Assembly (NCBI GenBank): GCA_051313645.2
Contig: JBNRSN020000002.1
Span: 396,552,001 to 396,616,000 of the forward strand
Length of the DNA stretch: 64,000 nucleotides
Direction of reading: 5' to 3'
Source of the DNA: Centroscyllium fabricii
Lineage: Eukaryota
Positions 23,813 through 36,335 of this stretch are shown here, piece after piece; position 1 is the stretch's first letter; each line of letters opens with the position of its first letter. Both the position numbers and the translations under genes were made by a program. The notes beneath the pieces were generated by a model. It was not told where the DNA came from and made no database searches. It saw only the letters and a list, made by a program, of their open reading frames with translations.

Positions 23813-24695
23813 GGCACAATTTGTTGTAAATTATGTATTAATTCTTTAAATGCTAGCCATTGCTTGTCTACCGTCATACTTTTTAATGTAGATTCCCAAT
23901 CTACCTTAACCAACTCGCCCCTCATACCTACGTAATTGGTTTTGTTCAGATTTAAGACCCTAGTTTTGGATTTAACTAAATCACTCTCAAACTCAATGTA
24001 AACTTCTATCATATTCTGGTCACTCTTCCCTAAAGGCCCCTTTACTACAAGGTTATTAATTAACCCTTTCTCATTGCACAATATTAGATCTATAATAGCC
24101 TGTTCCCTAGTTGGTTCCTTAACATACTGATCTAGAAAACTATCTTGCATACATTCCATTAATTTGTCTTCCACACTTACTGCAAATTTGGTTTTCCCAG
24201 TCTATATGTAGATTCAAGTCCCCCATGATTATTGTATTACCCGTGTTGCATGCACCTCTAATTTCCTGATTTATACTCTGCCCTACATTATAACTACTCT
24301 TTGGGGGCCTATAAACAACCCCCACCAATGTTTTCTGCCCCTTGCTGTTTCTTAGCTCCACCCAAACTGATTTTACTTCTTGATTTTCGGAGCTAAGATC
24401 CTTTCTCTCTACTATCTTTCTCCCATCCTTTATTTTCAGGGCTACCCTTCCTCCTTTTCCATTTTGCCTATCTCTTCTAAAAGTTAAGTATCCTGGAAAA
24501 TTTAGTTCCAAACCATGGCCACTTTGTAACCATATCTCTGTTATGGCTATTAGATCAAACCTGTTCATTTCTATCTGCGCTATTAATTTATCTATTTTGT
24601 TGCAAATGCTTCGCGCATTCAGATATAGTGCCTTTATCATTGACTTATTTCTATTTTTCCCTGATGTCACCTTAGTCAATGATGCCTTATTACCT

Positions 24696-24700
<5 letters not shown>

Positions 24701-24732
<32 letters not shown>
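24701..24732. repeat. (CT)n microsatellite
   Basis: ~15 CT units. Confidence 0.95.
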
Positions 24733-24735
<3 letters not shown>

Positions 24736-25864
24736 GACCCACTTTGCTTATTTTTACCCAAATCTCTACTCTGCTTTAGAGCCTTGACATTTCTCTTGCT
24801 GCTATTAAATATACTCCTTCCAGAATCATCCCCCCCCCCCCCCCCCCCCCCATTCGTTTAAAGCTCTGTCTAGTGCCCTAGTTATTTGGTTCACCAGGAC
24901 ACTGGTCCCAGCCTGGTTTCAGTGAAGCCCGTCCCAACAGAACAGCTGCCTCTTTCCCCAGTACTGGTGCCAGTGCCCCATGAACTGAAACCCCTTTCCC
25001 CCACACCACTCTTTGAACCATGCATTTAAACTTCTAACCTTTTTGTCCCTATGCCAATTTGCACATGGCTCAGGTAACAATCCAGAGATGATTACCTTTT
25101 GAGGTTCTGCTTTTTAATTTGGATCCAAGCTCATCAAACTCCCTCAGCAGAACCTCATTCCTAGGTTGTTGGTTCCTACATGGACCACAACAAATGGATC
25201 CGCCCCCTCCCACTCCAAGTTCTTCTCCAGCCCCGAGGAGATGTCTTTAAAGTCCCCCTGGCAACCTTTGGAACTCTTGGTCATGCCTGCAGAGAACAAT
25301 ATCTACCTTCCTGACTATACTGTCCCTTACCACAACTACATTCCCTTTCACCCCCCCCCCCCCCCCCACTTGAATGGCCTCCTGTGCCATGGTCAGTTTG
25401 CTCATCCATCCTACAGGCTTTTCCCTCATCCACACAGGCAGCAAGAACCTCATACCTGTTGGACAAGGGCAAAGGCTGAGGCTCCTCTAGCACCGCACCT
25501 GGGGCCCCCCTTATCTGCCTGAGTTGCAGTCACACCCTTCTGTCCCTGACCACTAACCAGACATGTACCACTACCAAACCTAAGGGGTGTGACTGCCTCC
25601 TGGATCAAAGTGTCTAGGTAACTCTCTCCATCCCTGATGCCCCACAATGTCTGCACCTCAGACTCCAGCTCAAACTCTGAGCTGAAGTGCCTCCAAGATG
25701 CAGGCACTTACTTCAAACATGGTTGTCCGGAATATCAATGCTCTCCACAAATTCTCACGTGCTGCAGTTGCGGCACACCACCTGCACTGCCATCCCTATA
25801 TGACCTTGCTTTATTTAATTAAATGTAATTAAATTTGTAATTAGGTAACTTAGTTTTCAGTGTA

Positions 25865-26184
25865 CAGGAAACCTTTTTTATCCAGGACCGGCGTGGTGCC
25901 AGTTTATCAAAAAGTCCGGATTACAGAGAGGTATAGTAAAAGGTGCGAGAGCCCCTGTACACAGCAACAAATCCAGACTTCCCTGTTGCTTACCAACAGG
26001 TGCAAGAACCACATCCACAAATCCAGGCTTCCCTGTTGCTTAGCAACAGGTGCAGGAACCCCGATTACACCGGCGCACATGCAGGAATGACCACTAATAT
26101 GAAGTAAAACCGGAACCTACTCCTGAATTTTGCCGGTTAACAGATTTCCGGTTATTTAGGTGTTGATAAATCTCAAGTTTCCTG
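25865..26184. mobile_element. Tc1/mariner-pogo-type MITE
   Basis: TA|CAGGAAAC...GTTTCCTG|TA; internal duplication of caaatccag.cttccctgttgctta.caacaggtgca. Confidence 0.7.
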
Positions 26185-26483
26185 TAGTTTTTTGACTACT
26201 TGATCTAGATTAAGATTAAATATGGACCACAACTATAACTTTGTGTTAACAATAACACAAAGTACTACAAGTAGTGTAAACAAAAAGCAGCAACTCCTTC
26301 CCCCTCTTACCAGAAATTCCAACTCTTCCCAAATAAAACACACTGTTTAAGTCCATTCCATTTAATCCTGCTCTGTGCAGACCGTTTGAATAGGCTTGGT
26401 TGTAATACCCCACGTGGTAAATAGCCTGCCAATGCTTGCTGTATATGCTCACACATGTAGAAGGACCACTTGGACAAGGAACT

Positions 26484-27235
26484 TCAATTCAATTCAAGTT
26501 TTATTGTCATTGCAGAGTACTAGTACAATACAACGAGACGAAGACTCGACTCTCCCGAGAGTAGTGCAAATAAATAAATTACTTGCAAATTGCATACAGT
26601 AAAGTACATTATCAGGCGTGCAGGTACCGGAGTTTCTTTTTAGAGTTCAGGAGGCTGACAGCCCTGGGGAAGAAGCTGTTCTGAAATCTAGTCGTGCGGG
26701 TGCAAATTGCTCTGTAGCGTCTCCCGGAGGGCAGGGGGGCGAATAGACTGTGGCTGGGGTGTGTGGGGTCTTTAATAATGTTCAGAGACCTCCGTAAGCA
26801 GCGTTTGAGGTAGATGCTTTCCATTGACGGTAGCTGTGTACCGGTAATTCGTTGGGCAGTTTTGACTACCCGCTGCAGGGTTTTCCGGTCCAAGATAGTG
26901 CAATTACCATACCAGACAGTGATGCAGCTTGTCAGTATGCTTTCTATTGTGCAGCGGTAGAAGTTGGAGAGGATGCCGGATGACAGCCTGGCTTTCTTCA
27001 GCTTCCTTAGGAAGTACAGGCGCTGTTGGGCCTTCTTAACCAGAGAGGAGGTGTTTAGTGACCAGGAGAGATCTTCCGAGATGTGGACACCGAGGAACTT
27101 GAAGCTGGACACCCTTTCCACCTCAGCCCCTTGGATGAAGATGGGGGTGTGTCTTCTGCTTCCAGTCCTCCGGAAGTCCACTATGATCTCCTTGGTTTTC
27201 TTGGTGTTCAGTGCCAGGTTGTTGTCGGCACCAAC
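26484..27235 (-). mobile_element. Rex1/Babar LINE 3' fragment
   Basis: [19 protein letters not shown]...[14 protein letters not shown]...[10 protein letters not shown]; (TTGAA)n tail. Confidence 0.92.
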
Positions 27236-27567
27236 CCACAACTGGATGATTGCTAGTGTACATAGAACTGTGCACCAGCAAGAGTTTGGTGTCATCCAGA
27301 GAAGATGGGGAAAACTGGCAAAAAAAAGTTGTCTTGTATTAGTGTTTTCATGGCCATAAATGTTTTCCACTATGGCTAGGAATTTCCTCAAACCTGGATC
27401 CGTTCTGCTGCTATAACTTTACCAGAAGTGTGACGGAAACAGGGTTGTGGCTGCACTTCCAGCCAATTGCAGCTCTGAGGCAATTCTCGGCCTATTCCCA
27501 AGATTTATTTGGGAAAAAGTGAACATTGTGTATTATGAATCAAGTGACATGTTATCTTGTGTGACAG

Positions 27568-27757
27568 GATGGAGGCTGCCTTGTAGGAGAGGTGAATGAA
27601 GATGGGGAGATGACTGGTGATAAAATAGCTTATGTGTATCCTGTGAGCAGGATTGCACTGCTCGGAAAATTTGTTGATGGGGAGATTATCGAAGGGCACC
27701 TGGCAATTCTTAAAAGTGTAATTGAGGGGAGACCCCAGTTCGAGCTGGTACCGGATG
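27568..27757 (+). CDS. SETD7: SETD7 coding exon 4
   Basis: gacag|GAT...ATG|gtaag; [63 protein letters not shown](G); 190 bp; phase fits exons 3 and 5. Confidence 0.96.
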
Positions 27758-27990
27758 GTAAGATGTATTGATTTATCATTGCATTGTTTCATGCGATCTA
27801 GTAATGCCACCTATGCTTTCAACAATCTTTACATTTTTAAGAAATTCTGAGTGTTTGTTTATGCTTTGGTTACAAGGGAGGAGTGGTGTGCCAAGTCAAG
27901 AATGTGGCATTTCCTAAATTTGAATTTTTAAAAAATTCTATATTTGCAAATTTTGGTGGATGTAAAAATGTGTTATGACTTAAATATAAT

Positions 27991-28835
27991 GGGCCCTGTT
28001 TTCCTGTGGTCCGTTTGCCGCGGGTGCGCGCTCCCGTGCACCCGCGGCGCACGCGCACGTAATTTTAAAATATTTTTTTTTAAGTTAATTTCCTGTAAAA
28101 AAAAAACCCGTCTTCGGGTGCTGCGTAGGGGTCTGGCTTTTGTTGGTGCGTGACCAGCCACGCCCCCACAGATCCCAAATTTAAATAAAAAACGCCCCCC
28201 AGATCCCTAATCTAAATGAACAGATCCCGAGTCGGACCTTTGTGAGAGCAGGGAAGTGCGGTGCTGCACAACAGACTCGCGGGGAGCAGCGCGGGGGCAC
28301 AGCAGCTTCTCAGGAAGAAACGGAAGGTAAGTCAGCCATTTTTTCCTCTTAGATTTTTTAATTTTTTTAATTAGCTAGAGAGTTAAAAATTTCAGAAATT
28401 TAACTTTAAAAATTAGCGATTTGAAACAGGTAAATTAACTTAAAATCGGATTTGTTAAATTTTTTAAAAAACTTTAACTTAAAAATTTAACGCTACCGAT
28501 CTGGCCACACTACTCCCAAAAACTGTAAAAAATAAATAAAATTAAAGTTAAAAAATTAACTTACCTGCTTCAAAAACTAAATCTTCTCCCTCTTACACTG
28601 GTTTTTTCGTGGGCAGCTTGTGAGCCAGTTGCACACGGAATCACTCTCTAAAAATCACCCGTTCTGACAGGAAATCGTCAGTGCAAGGTCTTCCTGCGTT
28701 GGGAGCTGACTGGCCTTGCCCATCAGCACAGGAAATTCCCGTTCGTGGGCATCTCCCGTGCTGCACACCCACGAGGCATTTCTGAACCCCCTTCGTGGGT
28801 GTGCAGCTCCTCTGGAGCACAGGAAAACAGGGCCC
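27991..28835. mobile_element. MITE with 18-bp TIRs (PIF/Harbinger-like ends)
   Basis: GGGCCCTGTTTTCCTGTG ... CACAGGAAAACAGGGCCC; flanks aat/agt give no perfect TSD. Confidence 0.75.
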
Positions 28836-29014
28836 AGTGTTTTATTTCCTTCCCCTCCCACCCTCCATCTCTTAGTATAAGCACTTTAAACAGGCTGGTA
28901 AGAATTCATAGAAGAGGGAGGGAAATAAGCTAAATCTAGGGGAAGGATGAGGAGGAGGGTTTGTCCCTTGTCAGTGATCGCAGCCTATGATTTTTCTCAT
29001 CTCCAATTAATGCA

Positions 29015-29380
29015 AGGAAATTAGGAAGGCAAAGAGAAACTTCGAAATTGAATTGTCAAGCAATATAAAAAGAAATAGTAAATTATTCTACAGGCACATA
29101 AATAACACAAGAAAAATCAGGATACGGCCACACACGATAAACTCGCAGGTAATGGCAAACATGTTAAATAATTACTTTACCTCTGTATTTACCAGAGAAA
29201 CTAATATGGTGGACATGACATTAGAAGAAATCAAAAAGGATATAAAGACATTTAAGCTAGAAAGGGGGGAGATCAACTCACTTCCCTAGGCTTGTTATAT
29301 ATAGGAATTATCAACCAATTAGATTTGGTAGGATTGATGATGGAATCTTTAATCAAAGATGTAATAGAAAAACATCTAAA
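29015..29380 (+). mobile_element. Old CR1 ORF2 middle fragment
   Basis: NIKRNSKLFYRHIN...MANMLNNYFTSVFTRE. Confidence 0.6.
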
Positions 29381-29451
29381 CTTTTTTTATTCGTTCATGG
29401 GATGTGGGCATTGCTAGTAAGGCCAGCATTTATTGCCCATCCCTGATTGCC

Positions 29452-30447
29452 GCTGATCATCCAAACTCAGTACCCCGTACCTGCCTTCTCCCCATATCCC
29501 TTGATACCTTTAGCTCTAAGAAATATATCTAACTCCTTCTTGAATATATTTAATGACTTGGCCTCAACTACATTCTGTAGCAGAGAATTCCACAGGTTCA
29601 CCACTCTCTGGGTGAAGAAATTCTTCCTCTTCTCTGTCCTGAATGGCCTACCCCTTATCCTTAGACTGTGCCCCCTGGTTCTGGACTCGCCGACCATCGG
29701 GAACATTCTTCCTGCGTCTAGTTTGTCCAGACCTGTCAGAATTTTATTATGTTTCGATGAGATCCCCTCTCGTTCTTCTAAACTCCAGCGGGTATAAGCC
29801 TAATCGACCCAATCTCTCCTCATACGTTATTACTGCCATCCCAGGTATCAGCCTTGTGAACCTTCGCTGAACTCCCTCCATGGCAAGAACATCCTTCCTC
29901 AGATAAGGCGACCAAAACTGCACACAGTACTCAAGGTGCGGTCTCAGCAAGGCCCTGGACAACTGCAGCAGGACATCCTTGTTCCTGTACTCAAACCCTT
30001 TCGCTATGAAGGCCAACATACCATTTGCTGCCTTCACCGCCTGCTGCACCTGCATGCTTACCTTCAACGACTGGTGCACAAGAACGCCCAGGTCTCGTTG
30101 CACTTCCCCTTCTCCCAATCTATTTCCATTCAGATAATAGTCTGCCTTTCTGTTTTTGACACCAAAGTGGATAACCTCACATTTATCCACGTTATATTGC
30201 TTCTGCCCAGCTTCTGCCCAATCACCAACCTGTCCAAATCATCCTGGAGTTTCTTGGTATCCTCCTCGCAGCACACACGCCCACCCAGCTTTGTGTCGTC
30301 TGCAAACTTGGAGATATTACATCTAGTTCTCTTATCTAGATCATTAATGTATATTGTGAATAGCTGGGGTCCAAGGACCAATCCCTGCGGTACCCCACTA
30401 ATCACTGCCTGCCACTCGGAAAAAGACCCGTTAATTCCTACTCTCTG
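29452..30447 (-). mobile_element. CR1 RT 3' fragment
   Basis: GVPQGLVLGP, KFADD, RPHLEYCVQFWSP, FFTQRVVNLWNSL. Confidence 0.9.
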
Positions 30448-31384
30448 CTAGTATTTATGTGGCTGGTCCAGTTCAGTTCCTGGTAAATGGTGACTCCCAG
30501 GAGGTTGATGGTGGGGGATTTGGCGATGCTAATGTCATTGAATATCAAGGGGCAGTGGTTAGACTCTCTTGTTGGAGATAGTCATTGCCTTGCAATTGTG
30601 TGGCATGAATGATACTTGCCATTATTAGCCCAAGCCTGAATGTCATCCAGGTCTTGTTGCAAGTGGGCATGAACTGCTTCATTATCTGAGGAGTTGTGAA
30701 TGGAACTGAACACTGTGCAATCATCAGTGAACATCCCCATTTCTGACCTTTTATGATGGAGGGAAAGTCATTGATGAAGCAGCTGAAGATGGTTGGGCCT
30801 AGGACACTCTCTTGGAACTCCTGTAGCGATGTCCTGGGGCTGAGATGATTGACCTCCAACAACCACCTTCCTTTGTGCTAGGTATGACTCCAGCCAGTGG
30901 AGAGTTTTCCCCCCTGATTCCCATTGACTTCAGTTTTACTAGGGCTCCTTGATGCCACACTTGGTCAAATGCTGCCTTGATGTCCAGGGCAGTCACTCTC
31001 ACCTCACCTCTGGACTTCAGCTCCTTTGTCCATGTTTGGGCCAAGGCTAAATGAGGTCGGGAGCCGAGTGGTCCTGGCGAACCTAAATTGGGCATCAGTG
31101 AGCAGGTTACTGGTGAGTAAGTGCCGCTTGATAGCAGTGTCGGTGACACCTTCCATCACTTTGCTGATGATTGAGAGTAAACTGATGGGGCTATAATTGG
31201 CTTTGGATTTGATTTGTCCTGCTTTTTGTGAACAGGACATACCTGGACAATTTTCCACATTGTCGGATAGCTGTACTGGAACAGCTTGGCTAGTTCTGGA
31301 GCACAAGTGTTCAGCACGACAGCCGGGATGTTGTTGGGGCCCATAGCCTTTGCATTATCCGGTGCGCTCAGCCGTTTCTTGATA

Positions 31385-32441
31385 CAGGTTGTGCACCGTT
31401 AATCCGTTACGCCGGCAACTTCAGTCTTCTGGAACAAATTCCCCCGACTGCCATGCGCATGTGCAAAATGGCTGCCGCGATCGATGCTTCAGTGAATGAT
31501 GTGCGCATGTGCCGCCGAACGGCGAGTGCATGCACAGATCATTCACAATGGCCACCGCGAAGTTTTTAGACATAGACATAGAACATAGACATAGAAACTA
31601 GGAGCAGGAGTAGGCCATTCGGCCCTTCGAGCCTGCTCCGCCATTCAATGAGATCATGGCTGATCATCCAAACCCAGTATCCCGCCCCTGCCCTCTACCC
31701 ATATCCCTTGATCCCTATCGAGCCTGCATCAACACATATCCCACCCTATCCCCGTAACCCCACATATTCAATCCCCCTAACACTAAGGGTCAATTTATCC
31801 TGGCCAATCAACCTAACATCTTTGGACTGTGGGAGGAAACCGGAGCACCCGGAGGAAACCCACGCAGACACAGGGAGAATGTGCAAACTCCACACAGATA
31901 GTACCCAAGGCTGGATTTGAACCCGGGTCTCCAGTGCTGTGAGGCAACAGTGCTAACCACTGTGCCACCGTGATCTGCGCTTGCGGTGCCGAATGATCCC
32001 GGGTCTTCCCGAGCTGGGCCTCCTTACCAAGTCTTCCTGAGTCGGGCCTCTCCTCGCCTTACGGAGCCTTGCCGGGCCTCTCCTCACCTTACCAAGCCTA
32101 GTCTCGCTTTACCGAGCCTTCCCAGGCCTCGCCTCACCGAGCCTTCCTGAGCCGGGCCACATTCATTCACAATGGCCACCGCAAAGTTTTTAATGATCTG
32201 CGTATGCGCTGCCGAACGATCCCGGGACTTGCCGGGCCGGCGAGCCCGGCCTTACCGAGCCTCCCCGAGCTAAGCCTTACCGAACGATGTGCGCAGACCA
32301 CTCAAAATGGCTGTCGGTCTTTCGCGGTGGCCATTTTGAATGGTCTGCGCATGCGCTCGCCGAAGCTTCAATCGTTCGGGATTTTCACTTTCCTGGCTCG
32401 GGCCTGGTCCCACCCATGCCGGATTAATGGTGCTCAACCTG
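31385..32441. mobile_element. Tc1/mariner-pogo-type MITE containing a V-SINE
   Basis: TA TSD; 22-bp TIRs CAGGTTG(T/A)GCACC(G/A)TTAATCCG. Confidence 0.85.
31568..31971 (-). mobile_element. V-SINE, long-tail form
   Basis: V-domain plus CR1 tail. Confidence 0.9.
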
Positions 32442-33570
32442 TATCATGTGGAGTGAATCGAATTGGCTGTAAACTGGCTTCTGTGATGGTGGGAACCTCG
32501 GGAATAGGCCGAGATGGATCCTCCACTCGGCACTTCTGAATGAAGATGGTTGCAAATGCTTCAGCCTTATCTTTTGCACTCGAGTGCTGGGCTGCACCAT
32601 CATTGAGAATGGGGATATTCATGGAGCCTCCTTCTCCTGTTAGTTGTTTAATGGTCCACCACCTTCACGACTGGATGTAGCAAGACTGCAGAGTTTTGAT
32701 CTGATCTGTTGATTATGGGATCACTTAGCCCTGTCTATAACATGCTGCTTCTGCTTTTTAGCATGCATGTCATCCTTAGCAAGCATGTAGTCCTGTTTTG
32801 CAGCTTCCCCAGGTTGGCACTGCATTTTTAGGTACGCCTGGTGCTGCTCCCAGCATGCTCTTCTACACTCCTGGCTTGGTGGTAATGGTAGTGTGAGGAA
32901 TATGCCAGGCCATGAGGTTACAGATTGTGATGGAATACAATTCTGCTGTTGCTGCTGATGGCCCACAGCACCTCATGGATGCCCAGTTTTGACTGCTAGA
33001 TCTGTTCTGAATCTATCCCATTTAGCACGGTGGTAGTGCCACACAACACAATGGGGGGATGCCCTCGGTGTAAAGACGGAACTTCGTCTCCGCATGGTAG
33101 CAGTAACCATCGCACAGTCCAAGACTATCATGGACAGATGCATGTGCGGCAAGTAGATTGGTGAGGACGAGGTCCATTAGGTTTTTCCCTTGTGCTGGCG
33201 CTCTTACCACCTGTCGCAAGCCCAGTCTGGCGGCTGTGTCCTTCAGGACTTGGCTAGTTCGGTCAGTAGTGGTGCTACCGAGCCACCCTTGGTGATGGAC
33301 ATTGAAGTCTCCCATCCAGAGTACATGCTGTGCCCTTGCTACCCTTAGTGCTTCTTCCAAGTGGTGTTCAACATGGAGAGTGCTGATTTATCAGCTGAGG
33401 GAGGGTGGTAGGTGGTCATCAGCAGGAGGTTTCCTTGCCCATGCTTGACCTGAAGCTATGAGACTTCATGGGATCCGGAGTCAATATTGAGGACTCCCAG
33501 GGCCACTCCCTCTTGCCTATCTACCACTGTGCCGCCACCTGTGGTGAGTCTGTCCTGCCGGTGGGACAGC

Positions 33571-33961
33571 ACATAGAAACATAGAAGATAGGAGCAGGGA
33601 TAGGCCATTCGGCCCTTCGAGCCTGCTCCGCCATTCAATGAGATCATGGCTGATCATCCAAACCCAGTACCCTGTCCCTGCCTTCTCCCAATATCCCTCG
33701 ATCCCTATCAAGCCTGCACCGACACATATCCCCGCCTATTCCCGTAACCCCACATATTCAATCCCCCTAACACTAAGGGTCAATTTATCATGGCCATGGC
33801 TAATCAACCTAACCCACACATCTTTGGACTGTGGTCGGAAACCCACGCAGACACTGGGAGAATGTGCAAACTCCACACAGATTGTACCCGAGGCTGGATT
33901 TGAACCCGGGTCTCTAGTGCTGTAAGGCAACAGTGCTAACCACTATGCCACCGTGCCGCCC
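33571..33961 (-). mobile_element. V-SINE, long-tail form
   Basis: V-domain with a small deletion, plus CR1 tail. Confidence 0.9.
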
Positions 33962-34028
33962 TCATACCCAGGGATGGTGATGGACGAGTCTGCGACATTG
34001 GCTGAAATGTATGATTCTGTGAGTGGGT

Positions 34029-34333
34029 GGGCATGGTGGCATAGTGGTTAGCACTGTTGCGTCACAGCACTAGAGACCCGGGTTCAAATCCAGCCTTGGG
34101 TACTATCTGTGTGGAGTTTGCACATGCTCCCCGTGTCTGCGCGGGTTCCCTCCGGGTGCTCCGGTTTCCTCCCACAGTCCAAAGATGTGCGGGTTAGGTT
34201 GATTGGCCAGGATAAATTGACCCTTAGTGTTAGGGGGATTAAATATGTGGGGTTACGGGGATGGGTGGAATATGTGTCGGTGCAGGCTCGATGGGCTGAA
34301 ATGGCCTCAATCTGCACTGTAGCGATTCTATGA
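34029..34333 (+). mobile_element. V-SINE, short-tail form
   Basis: V-domain; ends gcaggctcgatgggctgaaatggcctcaatctgcactgtagcgattctatga. Confidence 0.9.
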
Positions 34334-35099
34334 AATACTAGAAGGGGAAACAATTTACAGAGCTTTGGGGAAAGAGCAGGGGACTAATTGGATAGCGCTT
34401 TTCAAAAAGCTGCAGGCACGATGGGCTGACTGGCCCCTTTCTGTGCTGTATGATTCTATGATCACAGGAAAACATTCAACAGGAGGCCAAGTGTAATACA
34501 AGTCCCTGGGCAGTCTCACCGCCCTCGCTTAATCTTGATTTCTCATAACCGGATTGTGGGGAGTTTTTTTTTGTACAAACCGCACTGGTGCGTGGAACCA
34601 TTGAAATTTATGTTCCTTTCTTTTCTGAACAATTTTTAAATCTTTTTACATTCCACTTGCTCTCGCATGAATGAATTATTTTGAGTATAATCCCTCTACA
34701 TATAATTTTGAATAAAAACATATTAAGCTGTTAATGGAACATAAATGTATTACACCATTTTCAGTGTAACAATGGTAAGCTATTGAATATAGAATTTACC
34801 CAGTATGGCAGATTGTTCACAACTGCAGCACCTTGAATAGATCAATTTCATTTCCACGTACAGTTTGCTACATATTTTTCATTGGTGCAGGAAGCAGAAT
34901 ATATAGAGGCTTGCAGGAGTCGCTGGAAAATAAACAGACTGCGAGACTTCCGTGGCAGCAAAGAAAAACGCGTGTTAGCTTTATTAACTCTCCGCATGGA
35001 CTGAGGGACTTGGCCTCGTCACAGGGCTATGACGTCCTCACACAATCGACGACTCTTAAAAGGGGCCCTGCCCCGATAACCCAACCAAGCTCCGCATAA

Positions 35100-35493
35100 G
35101 GGCGGCATGGTGGCATAGTGGTTAGCACTGTTGCCTCACAGCACTAGAGACCCGGGTTCAAATCCGGCCTCGGGTACTATCTATGTGGAGTTTGCACATT
35201 CTCCCCGTGTCTGCGTGGGTTTCCTCCGGGTGCTCCGGTTTCCTCCCACAGTCCAAAGATGTGCGGGTTAGGTTGATTGGCCATGATAAATTGACCCTTA
35301 GTGTTAGGGGGATTAAAGATGTGGGGGTTACAGGGATAGGGTGGGATATGTGTCGGTGCAGGCTCGAGAGGGATATGGGGACAAGGTAGGGACAGGGTAC
35401 TGAGTTTCGATGATCAGCCATGAGCTCATTGAATGGCGGAGCAGGCTCGAAGGGCCGAATGGCCTACTCCTGCTCCTATCTTCTATGTTTCTA
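35100..35493 (+). mobile_element. V-SINE, long-tail form
   Basis: V-domain plus CR1 tail. Confidence 0.9.
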
Positions 35494-35596
35494 TATAACG
35501 TGGAGCGATACGACCTTGGCTATACATAGTGAATTGTGTTACTGACCCTATGTGGACTCCGCCACAGGCTCCTAAATTGGAGTCGTTTTGATATCC

Positions 35597-36130
35597 ACAA
35601 CAACAACTTGCATTTATATAGCACCTTTTAACATAGTAAAATCAAATAAAATTGACACCAAGCCACATGTGGCTACAGATGACCAAAAGCTTGGTCAAAT
35701 GGGTAGGTTTTAAGGGGTGTCTTAAAGGAAGGTAGTCAGGTTAAGGAGGGAATTCCAGAGCTTAGGGCCCAGGCAGCTGAAGGGACGGCCGCCAATGGCG
35801 GAGAGATTAAAATCGGGGCTGTGCAAGAGGCCGGAATTGGAGGAGTGCAGAGATCACTGAGGGTTGTCGGGCTGGAAGAGGTCAGCGATGGGGAGGGGCG
35901 AGGCCATAGAGGGATTTGAAAACTGCAATGAGAATTTTTAAATTTGAGGCACTGCTGAACTAGGGGCCAATGTAGGTCAGCGAGCTACAAGTAGCATAGG
36001 GGTGATTGGATGAACGGGACTTGGTGTAAGTTAGGGTATGGGCTCAGGTTTACGGAGGGTGCAAGGTGGGAGGCTGGCCATGAGAACATTGGAATAGTCG
36101 ATTCTAGAGATAGGTAACAAAGGCATGGTA
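35597..36130 (-). mobile_element. L2-like LINE 3' fragment
   Basis: (TTG)n tail with ...gctatataaatgcaag; degenerate RT C-terminus; recognised from recall only. Confidence 0.6.
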
Positions 36131-36253
36131 TTTAATAAAGATGTCCATAAAAGCTGATAATTGTTTTAAATGATTTGTATGTAGAATTTAAGAAATGTTG
36201 CCTGCAAATCTGATCAACTGTTAAAATGTAATATCCTTCTTTCTCTGCAACAG

Positions 36254-36335
36254 GTCCAGTTTACAGCTTGGACAAGTCCACCTCTTTTTGCATTTCTACA
36301 AATTGCCTCCTTCCTGACCCTTATGAAAATGAGAG
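36254..36335 (+). CDS. SETD7: SETD7 coding exon 5
   Basis: aacag|GT...AG|gttaat; (G)PVYSLDKSTSFCISTNCLLPDPYENE(R); 82 bp. Confidence 0.95.

Larger units (their letters stand above)
12718..25800 (-). mobile_element. Old, near full-length degenerate CR1 (pieces 12718-13600 and 21935-25800) hosting younger insertions
   Basis: 3' tail at 12718-12840; RT pieces 21943-23100; APE 24140-24620 (LYLNARSICNK, GDLN); ORF1 remnants 24860-25790; RT sequence collinear across the 13600/21935 gap. Confidence 0.8.
29382..34025 (-). mobile_element. Degenerate CR1/L2-group LINE of a different lineage, with multiple nested insertions
   Basis: MGDFNVHHQGWLGS, GPNNIPAVVLNTCAPELAKLFQYSY, ALDIKAAFDQVWH, SVLGPTIFSCFIND; tail at 29382-29450. 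Confidence 0.75.

Noticed and set aside
26612-27391. 259-aa ORF as an antisense host gene
   Set aside because: It is a Rex1 RT C-terminus with a chance in-frame extension into intronic sequence.
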